Source: Squalus acanthias
Lineage: Eukaryota
DNA: 64,000 nt
NCBI GenBank assembly: GCA_030390025.1
Contig: CM059432.1
Span: forward strand, 84,756,001-84,820,000
Direction: 5' to 3'
Positions within the stretch are counted from its first letter, which is position 1; every line of letters begins with the position of its first letter. Shown here one piece after another: positions 31,039 through 45,548 of the stretch. Under the pieces are notes generated by a model, which worked only from the letters and a program-made list of their open reading frames with translations, ran no database searches and had not been told where the DNA came from. A program made the position numbers and the translations under genes.

Positions 31039-34000
31039 TGTAATATATGTGGGTAGAACAAATGAAGGACAGAGACACGGTGAGTTGCTAGTCAAGGTGC
31101 TTGTTTATTAGGCCAGAGCGAGCCGAGCATGCTCAGACTAAACCATGTGACAAACCATGTGATAATACATTACACTGCTTTCCTCTTAAAAAAAAGTACA
31201 TATTTCCCTCAAATACAACAAAACTATGGTCCCACCTTTCCCAGCATTAAATGTACCACATAACAAAAACGCCTGGCGTTTTTTCGTTTAAATCAACAAC
31301 AAATGCTACAAATGAACTACAAATCCAGTTTAATAGCAGGTTTACGGAGCCTTCCTGATCTCCTTACAAAAGGTTTTGGTGTTGAACCAATTTTCGGGCT
31401 GTTTTGTTCTGGTTCCGAACTCAAAAATGATCCTGTTTCTATCTCAGATTTGTTTGAACCTGGTACTTCAGTTTCTGAAGTCTGAGCAGAGTCAAACTCA
31501 TGTATGTGTTCATCATCAAGTGGTTCAAGATCATGTCTTGGTTCATCTCTAGCAGAGATCCTTTGATCTACATGAACACTTCAATCTCCTCTTCATCAAG
31601 AGTTCTGCTGGGGTATATCCAGTTGTAGTGTGCGGAGTAGTTCTGTACTTCAGCAAGTAATCTACCATGTTTCTTCATGCTGAGTCCCAAACAACCCTGC
31701 AACACTTGCTTTTTGAGAGCTTCTTTCACTATTCTGACTGACCTTTTGGCTGCTCCGTTTGAAGCTGGATGATATGGTGGAACAAACGCGTGTTTGATAC
31801 CATTCCATTTCATGAACTCTTGAAATCGAGCAGAACGGAACTGAGGGCCATTGTCAGAAACAAGCTCTTCAGGTAAGCCATGACAGGCAAAGATAGACCT
31901 CAACTCATCTATGGTACGTTCAGTTGTAGTATTTGAACCCGTGTTTCACTTCAATCCACTTTGAGTGACTATCTACAAGTACCAGAAAATAATCATTTGC
32001 TTTCTCACAGAAGTCTACATTTACTCTCTGAAAAGGTCTACTTGGCCATGACTAGGGTTGTAGTGGAGTTTTGAGTGGTTTGTTTCTGCAATTTTGGCAA
32101 ACGCTGTATTTGCTGACAAGTGATTCAAGATCACTGTCCAATCCAGGCCAGTAAACAATTGATTTCATACTGACGATCCCTGGATGTTCAGTATGAAGTT
32201 CGGCCAGAATTCTATCTCTCAAAGAAGTAGGTACCGCCACTTTGTTTCCCCACTTGATACAACCTTGCTCACAAGACAATTCAGTATGACAGTTATGGAA
32301 TGGTTTCAACCCTGTGTCCAGACACTGATCAGTCCATCCATTCAAGGTGTTTTCATACACTCTTTTCAGTACTGAGTCCTTTTGAGTCTCATCTGCAATT
32401 TCAGCTGCATTCACGGGAAAGTCTTTGTCAACTGCACCTAGCGTGAAACTAACACCTTTAATCCCAACACGAGTCCTCATGTGGCAACCAGGACAAGGCA
32501 TCTGTGGTTGCGTTTTGCTTTGAAGTGCGATATTCAATCGTGTAGTCATATTGTGGCAACAACACTGCCCAACGTTGCATTCCTGATGTGGCCATTGCAG
32601 GGATGGCAGATTTGGGCTCGAATATTGCTAGGAGCATTTTGTGATCGGTTATCAAGGTAAACTTTCTGCCAATCAGGAACTGTTGGAATTTCTTGATTCC
32701 AAACACTATGGCGAGTGCTTCCTTTTCAATTTGCATGCAGTTTCTTTCGTTCTTTGTGAGGGTTTGCGATGCAAACACAATTGGTTTCTCTTGGCCATCA
32801 TCCATTACGTGGCTTATGACAGCTCCCACACCATAGTTAGAAGCATCACACGCTAACTTAAGCTCACGCTCTGTGTCGTAGTGCACCAGTAGAGCATCGT
32901 TAGAGAGACTTCTCTTACAAGCGTCGTAAGCTTCCTGTTGCGTTTTTGTCCACTTTCACTGGACATCCTTCTTGAGGAGCTCGTGCAGTGGAGCTAACAT
33001 GGTCGCTAACGCAGGTAAGAAACGTGTGTAGTACTGGACCATTCCAAGGAAAGATCTAAACTCAGACACGTTCTGTGGCTTTGGAGCATTGATGACAGCA
33101 TCAACCTTTTCCTTAATTGGTTGCAAGCCATTTGCATTAACTTTCAGACCAAAGTACACAACCTCAGGCTGCACAAAAGCACATTTGCTCCTTTTCAATT
33201 TGACATTGTGGGAATTCAACCTCTGAAGCACTAAATCTAACACCTCTAGATTTTCTTCCTCGCTGCTTGTTGCGATCAGCACATCGTCTTGATTGCATAA
33301 GCAATTTAGAATTCCTTGCAAAATCTTATCCATTGTAGCCTGGAAGATTTTGGGGGAGGACTTTATACCATACGGCAGCTTGGTGTCTGAGTACAGTCCC
33401 TTGTGTGTGTTGATGGCGAGATACTATTGACTCTTTTTGTCAACATTCAGTTGAGCAACAGGTCAAGTTTAGAGAAAACCTTTGACCCAGAGAGTGCTGC
33501 ATACAAACCTTGCAATATAGGTAACGGGTACTGCTCATTGTCAATTGCTTGGTTGATAGTAACTTTGTAGTCACCGCACAAGCGTACAGATTTGTCTGCT
33601 TTGGGCACTACCACAATCAGGGTAGCCCATTGACTTTTGTCAGTTTTTATTCGCACTCAGTTATGTCTCAGTTTCTCAAGCTCTTCCTCCACCTGATTTT
33701 TCAACGCATAGGGGACCGGCCTTGCCTTACAATAGACAGGCTTCCCGTTGGACTTGATGCGGATATGCGCGTCATACCTAGTGATGCCCTCATAACTGTC
33801 TGTGAACATGCTTTTATACTTGTTCAGCATTGTGTCGAGTCACTTCTTTGAAGCATCTACACTGAAGACGTTTTCCCAGTCTAGTTTTAACTTTCTCAAC
33901 CAGTCTTTGCCCATGAGGGTTGGCCTGTTGTTGTAGCTCACTACAATAATAGGCAGCTTTACTGACTGGCCATTGTGCTGAGCTGTACATTCCATTTGTC

Positions 34001-35700
34001 CACATGTCTCTAGGCGGGTGACTGTCTGTGTGGAGTTTGCACATTCTCCCCGTGTCTGCGTGGGTTTCCTCCGGGTGCTCCGGTTTCCTCCCACAGTCCA
34101 AAGATGTGCGGGTTAGGTTGATTTGGCTATAATAAATTGACCCTTAGTGTTAGGGGGATTAAATACGTGGGGTTACGGGGATAGGGTGGGATATGTGTCG
34201 GTGCAGGCTCGATGGGCCGAAATGGCCTCTATCTGCACTGTGGGGATTCTGTGATTCTGTGATTCTGTGATTTCTCCGGAGTAGGTTTTTAACTCTACGG
34301 TACTCTTTGTAAGTGGTATTTGATTAAACTTACTCTCATATGTGTCCTTAGTCATGATAGAGCAGTCCGCCGCTGTGTCAATACACATATCAATATATTG
34401 GTCATTGATCAAAAGTTTTGTGCGGAAGTCTTTCTCACGACTGCTAGCATTGCCGCTAGTGGAATAGATACTGTAGATGCCTAGTCTTCAACATCAGGTG
34501 TGTTCATTTCAATATTGTGAATTCCTCCCTTTTGTTGTCGTTGCTTTGCGTTGCCACTAGAATGGTTCTTACTTCTTGCTTTCGATCTAGCTCTGCAAGC
34601 TGTTGAAATATGGCCTTGCTTCTGGCGGTGAAAACACTTCGCATTTCTGTATTGGCAGGACTGTGGTGAGTGATTTCCATTGAAGCAATAACAATTCACT
34701 GAACTGCTCTCACCAACATGCTTTTGACTTGGTCTCACAACTTTAGGTTTGGCGGTGGCTTTGTGACTGTAGACCCCAGCTGCACTAGTCACTTGAGTTG
34801 GACGGAGCTCCCTAGCATTCTTAGACGCTATCTCCATAGATAGAGCAATTTTGCATGCTATGTCAAACGTTAGGTTCGGACTGTTCAGTAATTTGGACTG
34901 TGTGCACTCATCCACCAGTCCACACACAAACATATCTCGCAACGCCCGATCTAAAAATGTGCCGAAGTTACAATGCAAAGACAGGTTCTTAAGAGCTGAA
35001 ATGTACTCACTGATGGTTTCACTTTCTTTTTAGTTTCTGGTATCAACGCTGTAGCTCTCTGCTATTTCTAATGGCTTTGGGTTGAAATGGTCCTCGAGTT
35101 TCTCGACAATGTCTTCAAACGATGCATCCTTCGCTTTCCCTGGCTTGAGTAGGTTTGTCAACGTTCCGTAGACATCTGGCCCAATCTCCGTTATAAAAAT
35201 TGCATTTTTACATTCACGAATTACTTTATTTTGAGTTTGAACAGTCTCATCTGCACCTTCGGTCTCAATAATGTTATAGGCCTTAAAAAACATCTCCATC
35301 CACTCAATGTAAGAACTGAATCGTTCGCGAGCTCGGTCATACATGCCGAGGCTTCCGATGAATCCCATAGACGCAGCCATGTTTGTCCCAATCCCGTTGA
35401 ACAGTGACTCAGCACGCTACCTGTGTACCTGTGAGAATCAACGCCACTGTTGCTGTGTTTACATACACACAAAGACGAAGCACAGATAATTCTGCATCAG
35501 CGTTAACAGTAAAACATCGCAAAAAAATCAGCTTAGATGCCACAAAATCAACTTAAACTTTTCCACTCGAAGGCTGAACACTGTGTCCTTCCATGATCCC
35601 TAAAAATGGCTTTGGGATCCCATTCTCGTACCCAAAAATGTAATATATGTGGGTAGGACAAATGAAGGACATGTGACAAACCATATGATAATACATCACA
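31039..35700 (-). mobile_element. Decayed Ty3/Gypsy LTR retrotransposon with short LTRs (31039-31174; 35639-35700 internally deleted)
   Basis: 5-bp TSD GTAAT; gag fragments with CCHC remnants, IDTAA protease, RLCGDYK/QDD RT, CDAS..EKEALA..TDH RNase H, SDNGPQF..YHPASNG integrase; many stops and frameshifts. Confidence 0.92.
34011..34270 (+). mobile_element. V-SINE (HE1-like), 5'-truncated, nested in the Gypsy
   Basis: V domain GTGTGGAGTTTGCACATTCTCCCCGTGTCTGCGTGGGTTTCCTCCGGGTGCTCCGGTTTCCTCCCAC and CR1-type (GATTCTGT)n tail. Confidence 0.88.
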
Positions 35701-38700
35701 GTAATGCCGTTGAATGTCAAAGGGAGGTGGTTAGACTCTCTCTTGTTGGAGATGGTCATTGCCTGGCACTTGTGGGCGTTAATGTTACTTGCCACCTATC
35801 AGCCCAAGCCTGAAGTTGTTCAGGTCTTGCTGCATGTAGGCACAGACGGCTTCATTATTTGAGGAGTTGCGAATGGAACTAAACATTGTGCAATCATCGG
35901 CGAACATTCCCACTTCTGACCTTATGATTGAGGGAAGGTCATTGATGAAGCAGCTGAAGATAGTTGGGCCGAGGACACTGCCCTGAGGAACTCATGCAGC
36001 GATGTCCTGGGGCTGCGATGATTGGCCTCCAACAACCAAAACCATCTTCCTTCGTGTTAGGTATGACTCCAGCCAGTGGAGAGTTTTACCCCTGATTCCC
36101 ATTGACTTCAATTTTACTAGGGCTGCTTGATGTCAAACTTGGTCAAATATTGCCTTGATGGCAAGGACAGTCACTCTCATCTCACCTTACCTCTGGAATT
36201 CAACTCTTTTGTCCATGTTTGGGCCAAGGCTGTAATGAGGTCTGGAGCCGAGTGGTCCTGTCGGAACACAAACTGAGCATCGGTGAGCAAGTTATTGACG
36301 CATAAGTGCCACTTGATAGCACTGTCGATGACACCTTCCATCACTTTGCTGATGATTGAGAGTAGACTGATGGAGTGGTAATTGGCCGGATTGGATTTGT
36401 CCTGCTTTTTGTGGACAGGACATATCTAGGCAATTTTCCACATTGTCAAGTAGATGCCAGTGTTGTAGCTGTACTGAAACAGCTTGGCTAGAGGCGCAGC
36501 TAGTTCTGGAGCACAAGTCTTCAGCATTACAGCCGGGATGTTGTCGGGGCCCATAGCCGTAGCTATATACAGTGCACTCAGCTGTTTCTTGATATCACGT
36601 GGAGTGAATCGAATTGGCTAAATGCTGGCTTCTGTGATGATGGGGACCTCAGGAGGAGGCCAATATAGATCATCCTCTCGGCACTTCTGGCTGAAGATGG
36701 TTGCAAACGCTTTAGCCTTGTCTTTTACACTCGCGTGCTGGGCTCCACCATCATTGAGGATGGGATGACCATGGAGCCTCCTCCTCCCGTTAGTTGTTTA
36801 AATGTCCACCACCATTCATGACTGGATGTGGCAGGACAGCATGTGAGAAGTATCTAATGTCTTCCATCTAATTCCTATGTTTACCTCCATCTATTTGTGC
36901 AAACTTTGTTTTTCTATTTTGCAGCAGGCAATTTCCAAGTGTAAATCTTTTTGACTGGTGCTTACATTTGGGTTAGAAATTCGTCATGGCTCAGTTTTGG
37001 GCACATAACTGATGGTGTGCTTCCAAGGCACACACATGAACTGGGAGTCCTGAGGCTTGCCCGAAATTGGATCTCGGGCCTCATTGTAATAATTGGGGCG
37101 ACCTACTGGCGACTTCGCGCTTCCAGAGGCAACTCGCTCATTTCCATCCATCCTATTTGGGCTTCCTACCTCGCCAGCAGCGGCCCTCAGGTACATCCCG
37201 GGTGGGAGCGCGGGTAAAGGAGAATGTGATGAGGTTGATCAGAGCTGGCAGTGGCCCTCAGGAGGGCTGTAGAGTCAGAAGGAGCATTCCTGCTTCTCTT
37301 GGCTCCACATGAAAGTTTTTTTTAAATTTACCTTTTGTTGGCAGCTGCTTGTTAGGCCGCTTCCACGCCAGGAAAACCTGAGCAGAGCAGGCCCAGTGCC
37401 CGTTCCACCCAGCGCTGTCCGTTTTCAGGAATAGATCCCAAAACAGGTGTTAGGCTCCTCATTAATATACATAAAGGACCTAACACCTGTTTTAGGCGGC
37501 TTCCAGGGACGCTCTGTGAGAACAACAGTGTGTTATTTGGCCACTATGTGACAACCTCTTTAGTAGTAAACTCTTATTTCGTTTGTTACAGGTTAACCAG
37601 ATTGGAATAGTAATGTAATAATCTTAAAAAGTGGAGTTTCAGTCACATTATATTATATTGTTATAGTCTTGGCTATATTCCTTGATATCACTGCCAGGTA
37701 TTGCAGCAATATCCTAGCAATACATATTTCAAAATATTTTTTGCTTAATCTCTTTATATTTGTGACTAAAGGAAAATACATCTTTTTTAAATTAAAAAAT
37801 GACAAATATTTTATGATATTCGACTAACGTCTCGTAGCAATGGGCATTTAAAAAGCAAGTGCACTTCAGTGAATACTGGCAAAACCTTCGTACTTTGGAA
37901 CTGCCAGGGTATCAGCATTCCGAGCATATATTGCCTCTCATAAACTGAGCACATGCCCCATAAATTGCCTTTATTCCTAATTTTGTTCCGTGTTGTGTGT
38001 TGGTTCTGCAGTTCTGCAAGAATTAATGTGACATTTATACTGGTACATTGCCTTTGGAGAAAACCCACTCTGTGTGAGGTCAGAATGGAGGTGAATATAA
38101 TTGACAAGATTTTAAACTCCCTTGGACAGTCTGTCAGTAACGAATTCCAGAATTAACACAGGCTTTGGGTGGATCTGCAACTTATCAATATCGACTTCCT
38201 GGCTTTCAAAATTATTTAGGAGCCCAATATTAAATGTATATTGTGCACACTCAGAAACCAAAGTGCAAAAACCATATAAAACACAATACAACACAACTGA
38301 AAATCAAAGTTATAGTTAGAAAAAACAGGGGTCCTGTAGTTGACAATGGAATTCCATTTAATCATAGTATATTTCACAAAGTAAATTACATTTTGATAAT
38401 TCCAGGTTATTTTCTTTTATTAATGCTTTGATCCACACTGAAAAACTGCAAATAAAAATTAAACACAAACAAGTTGAAAGAAAATGAATGAAATTACCGA
38501 GGGTTCACAAGGGGACCCCAGGGAGTCCCTCATATCAACAGCTTTCTGTTTACCTGCCATAAGTGGTGTTTGCAGGGAGCACCTCAGGAAAATAATGTGA
38601 GAGGCTTTGATTTTTCATGTGTGGTGCTTTTATAATTTCCAAAGATATGCTCTCTGCAAGTGCCACTCCCCATTGGGACTGTTGGATTTCAGAATGACCC

Positions 38701-38962
38701 TTTATATCTATTGTATAGTAATTAAGAAACATATTTTGCTATGATAGTACAAATTTGCACTCCTAATGACAAAAGTAGTATGGAGCTTGTGCCTGAATTC
38801 CCGATATGTACTTCTTGTGGGTAAAGCTCCGCATCAGGTGCACGGAATCTAAAATTAGCCCTTGTTTTCCATTGGGTAGTTGATATTGTCATTTTTTAAA
38901 TTTAGATTTCTTTCAGAAAACAACATTTTGGGATACAGTATATGAGTAATTTAAGACACATT

Positions 38963-39620
38963 GGCCTAGAAATTGGATATGGTCCGAAAACAGGCGTTGT
39001 CATGGCCCAGCGCTATTTAGCTGCGTGGGTCAAAGTGATCTAGGTAGCATGCAAAATTCATGCTCCATGCTCATTTGCATGATTATAGTGCTGATCTCAG
39101 CGCTAAAACCGCTGCTCATTGGCTTACCGCTCAACAGGTAGTCCAACATCGGGTGCAGTTTAATTCCAAGTCATGTTTGGCCTAGGCTTTATCCTCTACT
39201 TAAAGGGGAGGCGCATTGATGCAACAGCACCTCATTGTCATTCCATTTGGAACTCCACTTGGAAGAGATGGCTGAGCAACAGCAGATGGAGAAAGCAAGA
39301 CACTTCTCAGATGCGACTCTGGAGTCACAGGTGGTGGCCGTGGAGAAGAGGTGGGCTGTCCTCTTCCCGCAAGCTGGCAGGAAGCCATCAGCCCATACGT
39401 GTAGAAGGCAGGAGATATCTGATTACATGACAGTCAACAATGTGGTCCCCAGGTCCTCCATCCAATGCCACAAGAAGTTTAATGACCACACACGGCAGGT
39501 CAAGGTGAGTGAAGGCTTCAGCAAATGCCATATCCCACCATCTGCACCACAAGCCTCATACACTGCTCAATGCACCACACCCCCATCTCTCATCTACCAA
39601 CAATCTCTACCTATCACCAC
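38963..39620 (+). mobile_element. Harbinger fragment: terminus plus Myb/SANT-like exon
   Basis: GGCCTAGAAATTGGAT terminus; ARHFSDATLE...RSSIQCHKKFND followed by donor AAG/GTGAGT. Confidence 0.7.
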
Positions 39621-39625
39621 TCGTA

Positions 39626-40135
39626 CCACTCCGTAAGGGTGACCCTGAGCTTCCGGTCGCCTGTCACTTTAATTCTCCGCTTCACTCCCACTCTGATCTC
39701 TCTGTCCTCGGCCTATTACACTGTTCCAATGAAGCTCAACGTAAGCTCGAGGAACAGCACCTCATCTTTCGATTAGGCACTTTACAGCCTTCCGGACTCA
39801 ACATCAAGTTCAACAATTTCAGACAATAATCCCTGCTCCCATTTTTCATGCTGTGTGATTTTGCTATTCCCATTTGCAACATTTTATCTTTCCTGCCTCT
39901 TACATAAGCATAGTACGTTCTTTCAACTCCTTCCTCCCCTCCTAAAACCTCCCCCCCTGTCTCTGCACCTGTTTAATATCTGTTACATCTCCAGCTTTTT
40001 CCAGTTCTGATGAAGGGTCCCAGACCTGAAACGTTAACTCTGTTTCTCTCTCCACGGATGCTGCCTGGCCTCCTGAGTATTTCCAGCATTTTCTGTTGTT
40101 ATTTCAGATTTCCAGCATCCGCAGTATTTTGCTAT
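39626..40135 (+). mobile_element. Penelope-like element 3' fragment
   Basis: LPVACHFNS...RKLEEQHLIFRLGTLQPSGLN plus the same tail as the other copies. Confidence 0.85.
40001..40041 (+). ncRNA. Minimal type I hammerhead ribozyme motif in a Penelope tail
   Basis: CTGATGA, stem GGGTC-CCA-GACCT, GAAA, ACGT. Confidence 0.6.
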
Positions 40136-40379
40136 TGTATACATTGCCCCATGCAGTTTCATAAAACATTGGCTATACATTACAGCAGTTAAAGTAAATA
40201 CAGCCCAAAATGCACACATTTGATGTTGAATATATCAATATCTTTCACACTATTGTATTTAAAGGATTTTTCTTTGATTTTTACTCAGTTATAATGGATG
40301 TAAAACGACTAGTTTAAATTGAAATTTAGACAGAAAAGCTGCACTTTTGCTGTTCGCATTCAAATAATTGAAGTACTAT

Positions 40380-40647
40380 TTAAACACCATCCTTTAAGCA
40401 TTTATGCTCAGTTTCATCATGGAAAGTGTCTGAACTACGAACTAATTCTGTCTTGTTGCACTGTATCGCTTTTAATGCAAGATCCCACTTGCTTCCCTTT
40501 CTCTTGAAATGTTGCCTTTTTGCTTTGCTGTACTGAGAGTGTTCTACTTGGTCCTGGTCTTCTGCCTCAGAATGAATTCCCAATTTTTGAATGATGAGCA
40601 TAAGAAGCTCATGCTCCTTCTGCATTGCTGCTGAAATGTCCTTCAAC
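40380..40647 (-). CDS. TRPA1: TRPA1 last coding exon (C-terminal coiled coil to stop)
   Basis: CAG/ acceptor; R-LKDISAAMQKEHELLMLIIQKLGIHSEAED matches the TRPA1 coiled coil and acidic cluster; phase 2 fits the previous exon. Confidence 0.9.
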
Positions 40648-40736
40648 CTGCAGATTTAACAATGGGAAAGGAATCAGCATCGCAAAGTAACATTTCAATG
40701 AAATATAGTCTAAATTTTTGATAGGTGATTACGGAC

Positions 40737-40849
40737 CTATATTTCTGTTTCTCCAGTTGTAATTCAAGCTTTTTGAAATCAGTTGCATGGCTGTTCATTT
40801 CAGAGTATGTGTCAGGGTTTTGTGATCCTGAAAATCCCTGGAACAGAGT
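40737..40849 (-). CDS. TRPA1: TRPA1 penultimate coding exon
   Basis: TTTTTGCAG/ acceptor, AG/GTCCGT donor, 113 bp; ends LELQLEKQKY(R) as in TRPA1; 89-bp downstream intron. Confidence 0.85.
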
Positions 40850-41374
40850 CTGCAAAAAGGAGCAGGTTTGACCAATAAATTCGGTTTGCACTCCACGTTT
40901 CTGTAACAACTACAAACTGCATTGATACCCAAGTTGCATTCTCACTTGGTTTGCAAGCCATAAAAACTTTTAATCAGGTGAACAGTACAACAGATTTTTC
41001 AATACTAGTTATTTTATTTGAAAAGCATATTGTATCATTATTTTGGATTAATAAGTTTGGCGGAATTTTATTATAATCAATAGATTGCAATGGACAAAAA
41101 TGATGCTTAGAACTAACAACTTCATGTTAATGCAGGACAGCTTTACGCATAATTGCTGAGTAAGTGTGGAAACTGCTCTATAAATATATTTTATTCATGC
41201 TAAGCAGCAGTTTGTGCTTCAGATGAAATTCTTGCTCTACCTGTACACAGTAATAGGAAAGAGATATGTTTGAGTGCAGGCTCAGCGGCCGGAGCTCTTA
41301 TACGATCTGAATTTCCATTCCAGAACATTCTGTTTCACTTTAACCTCTGCTCTTACCATACCAGGAAAAAAGAT

Positions 41375-42275
41375 ATACAACTGCAACAGCTTGCATTTAA
41401 ATAATGCCTTTAACATAGGAAAATGTCCCAAGGCGCTTCACAGGAGCATTATCAGATAAAATTTGACACTCAGCCACATTAGGAGATATTAAGACAGGTG
41501 ACCAAAAGCTTGGTCAAAGAGGTAGGTTTTAAGGAGCATCTTAAAGGAGGAGAGAGAGGTGGAGAGAGAGGGAGAGAGGTAGTGAGAGAGGGAGAGAGGT
41601 AGCGAGCTAGCGAGGTTTAGGGAAGGAATTTCAGGGGATGCACAAGAGCCAGATTTGAAAGAATGCAGCATCTTCAAAGGGCTGTAAGGCTGGAGAAGGT
41701 TACTGAGATAGGGAGGAATGAGGCCATGAAGGGATTTGAACACAAGGATGAGAATTTTAAATTTGAGGCATTGGTGGACTGGGAACCACAGAGGTGATTG
41801 GTGAACGAAACTTTATGCAAGTCAGGATATGGGCAACAGAGCTTTGGATGAGCTGAAGTTTACAGAGGGTGGAAGATGGGTGGATGGCCAGAAGAGCATT
41901 AGAATAGTCGAATCTGGAGGTAACAAAAGCATGGATGAGGGTTTCAGCAGAAGATGGGCTGAGGAAGGGGCGGAGACAGGTGATACTACGGAGGTGGAAG
42001 TAGGTCATCTTGGTGGATGGAGAGGATAGTGGGTTGGACACATCAGCTCAAGGTCAAATAGGACATAAGAATTAGGAGCAGGCATTGACCATACGGCCCT
42101 TCGAGCCGGTTGAGGTTGCGAACAATATGGTTCAACCTGAGACAAGTGGCCAGGGAGGGGAATGGAATCGGTGGCTCGGGAAAGGAGTTTGTGGTGGGGG
42201 CCGAAGACAATGGCTTCAGTCTGCCCATTATTTAATTGGAGGAAATTTCTGCTCATCCGATACTAGATTTCGGAC
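41375..42275 (-). mobile_element. L2 LINE 3' portion, decayed
   Basis: MSRNFLQLN...TEAIVF, AETLIHAFVTSRFDYSNALL, LSSFKMLLKTYLF and L2 tail; a short CR1 tail is inserted near 42060-42110. Confidence 0.8.
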
Positions 42276-42799
42276 AAGCAGCATTTATATGGCACCTTAT
42301 CACTTCTCTCTGAAATGTCTAAAAGTATTTCACGTACAATGAGCTACTTTAAAATGCAATGAATAGTGTTACATTAGTTATTTAGTACTAATTCTTCACG
42401 AAGTGATGATGGGTTTGTGTGCAAATTCAGCAAAATCCAATGTCTATCAGAAATATTAACCTTTGTAAACTGAGTATTTGCCCAGGTGCACCTCAGTGGC
42501 ATACACCAATTCCAATTCCTGGACAGTAAAACAACATTCAGGCTCTGTATCTGAATTGGTCATTTGTCTCCTAACTGTTCTTACTCTTCCATACAGTGAT
42601 TTTTACACTACCTGCCATGACCAGTGCTCAGGCTCCAAGCGCCCCTCCAGATCTACCTTGCTGCCAGCCTGTTTGGGTTCCCAGCTGCCCAATATTGTGC
42701 CGGCTTAGAGCCAGCAGGATGCTGTGGGGTGGCCATTTGACATCGACCGTCCATCAGCAACATGGTAATGAGGCCGGGCCCTCAAAATAAGCCAGGCCT

Positions 42800-42885
42800 C
42801 TCACTGGCACTATCATTGGGCTCACCGGCGCTATCATTGGGCTCACTGGCACTATCATTGGGCTCACCGGCGCTATCATTGGGCT
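42800..42885. repeat. 21-bp tandem repeat x4 (alternating variants)
   Basis: CTCAC(T/C)GGC(A/G)CTATCATTGGG repeated. Confidence 0.9.
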
Positions 42886-43644
42886 GGCCAATGCACTCCG
42901 CCAGTCAGTCACCCAATAATTAATATCTACCCTTATTTGCTTTGATGTGGTCATTCCATCCATTTGTAAACAATTAAATACTGCAAAGCTCAGTCTAGTT
43001 TCTCTCACCTTCACTTAAAAAATATATTCAAGGTTCAGAAGGAAACAGCAGATTTCGATTGATCCCAACCTGGGACACAGATTTACATTTGTGCTGTGAG
43101 GCTACAGTACCTCATGTTCTAAGTGGAATACTTTAAAGTAGTACTAGTGTATGAACCCCCTCTGATTAGTTCTATGTAACCACTGGCTTGCATGCCTTAA
43201 TATGCCTGTATGCCTTAATATGCCTGTATGCAAAGAGCGGCCAGTTTGGAGTAACTAAGAAATTTAAATCTGACATTTAACTTTAAACAACATTAGGCAG
43301 CTTCTTAGTTTAATCTTTCTTAAGAACTTCTTTTTCAGACTTCAGCTGTGCAATTTTTAAAATTTACATTAAACTTTCAAAGTCTACTGTAGTCTGTTGA
43401 TTTATCTTGTGTTGTGCACCATATAAACTAGTACACTGGAAAAATATCGAGGGAAATAATTAATCGTGTGTGAAAAGCACAGAACAAATGTATTAATGCA
43501 CTGATAATCCTGAAATATCCACATGTGCTCCTTCCTTGCAATGTACACAAAATCAACTAATATTTAATTAATAATATTACTAAATGGAGTTAATGGATTT
43601 TTTTGAATGAGCTTTATATTAGTTGTGACAAATTGTGACGTCTT

Positions 43645-45085
43645 CATACGAACATAGGAACAATGACGGACAGGTAAAGACCCTCTGGTCCATCGAGCCT
43701 GTCCCAGATTATTGCGATACCTTGTGTATCACAATATATACACTCCACTCCACCTGAAACCATCCCCTGGGAGAGGCAAAAAACAGATTAAAAAAACTCC
43801 AAGCCAATTTGGGAAAAAAAATCTGGGAAATTCCTCACCGACCCATCTAGCCGATCGAAACTTGTCCAGGAGATCACTCTGGCCCTGAATTCCCTGCAGT
43901 ATCTACCTTCTGTAAAAGGTGATCTCCGCCCCAGCCAGAAACAGGTCCAGCTCTTGCTTGAAGGAAATCAGCAAATCAGCATCCACCGCATGAGACGGCA
44001 GCCTGTTCCAGAGGTCCACTATTCTCTGGGAAAAGAACCACCTCCTGACATCCAACCTAGATCTGGTCTTATACAACTTAAATTTGTGACCACTGGTCCT
44101 CCCTAATCTATTTAATTGGAACAAACTGTCAACTGGAGCACAATCTATTCCCCTCATTATCTTATAAACCTCAATCAGATCCCCCCCTAAGTCTACACTT
44201 CTCTAAGGTAGAGAGTCCCAACTCTTTTAGCCTACCTTGATAACTAAGATGCTTTAAACTGGGAATTAGTCTATTGGCCTTCCTCCTGTACCCTTTCCAA
44301 AGCCTCAGTATCACCCACCATGTGAGGAGACCAAAACTGGACTCAGTATTCCAAGTGCGGCCTGACTAAGGTCTTGTTCAAGGATGAAATAATACGCCTT
44401 GTCTTGTAATCAATTGTCCTATGGATAACACCCCAACACCCTATTTGCTCTAGCTATCACTTTACGGCATTGCTCATGTACCTTCAAAGATGTATGCACT
44501 AGAATGTCCAAATCTCTTTCTTTCCCCACCTTCTTTAATGCTTTTCCCTGAAGGGTGTATGAATGTTGAGCATTTGCTCTGCCCATGTGCATAACTCTGC
44601 ACTTATCCAAGTTATAAAACATTTTCCAGTCATGAGCCCAATCTCCCAACACATTGCGATCCACTTGAAGCAGATGAGCACCATCTACAGTTCAAATACT
44701 CGCACAGATTTTGGTATCAGCTGCAAATTTGCAGATCGTTCCCCCAGCACCTACATCCAGATCATTAATAAAAATAGCAACGGTCCTAACACCAATCCCT
44801 GCGGGGCACCACTGGTGACCGGTCTCCAAACAGATCCAAATCCACCTATAACTACTTTTTACCTACATCCTGCCAGCCAGTTCTCAATCCAACTTACCAC
44901 TAATACCAGAGGCTTCGATCTTATAGAGAAGGCTCTTGTGCGGTACCTTATCAAAAGCTTTTTGGAAGTCTAAGTAGACAATGTCTACTGGACTTCCCTC
45001 ATCCACAAACTCTGTAACTTCTCTAAAAATTACAATTAGATTTGTAAGACATGACCTCCTTTTTATGAAGCCATGTTGGGTGTCC
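43645..45085 (-). mobile_element. CR1 LINE, 5'-truncated and decayed
   Basis: QHGF..RSCLTNL...YLDFQKAFDKVPH through RTSGHKFKL...FFSQRIVDLWN and 3' UTR. Confidence 0.88.
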
Positions 45086-45548
45086 CAAACCATCCTGTGA
45101 CGAATAGGGAAAATTGTTATATCTTTTGTAATGCATTTCTGAAATGTTTAGAGTTAAAATGGAACTATCATCCCTTATTAAACTTCAAAATGGAGAAGGG
45201 CGAGGAAATTGGTCTTAGGTGGGGGAGTAAAGTGGTTGATCACGAATCGACAACTCGTTTTACGTCCCACCTGATTTTCTTTTTCATTTACTTCAAAGAG
45301 AAACCAATTCAATGGAATAAAAATCAGACGAGTTCTGTAATTGGTGGGAGATCCACTCCACCAGATTACCACCGATACTGTGAAAATGAAAATTTATGCC
45401 ATTAATGTTATTAGCTGCAGCATTTAGAATATTACCGTTTTAAGTAACAGAATTAACCCCATCTAACCACCATCACATTATATCTCTCAATCCTTTCACC
45501 TGTCCAGTGCAAGGTCAATAAATTTGTTGCAGTCTTTCACATACTTAC

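Larger units (their letters stand above)
30340..36838 (-). mobile_element. CR1-group LINE, 5'-truncated and decayed, split by a Gypsy element
   Basis: RT C-terminal fragments (QKLNWTSHINTVA, IQDKAARLIG) colinear with 50653-52280; the sequence rejoins across the GTAAT TSD. Confidence 0.85.

Noticed and set aside
42800..42885. Regular repeat array as CRISPR-like
   Set aside because: Contiguous tandem units with no unique spacers, in a vertebrate intron.
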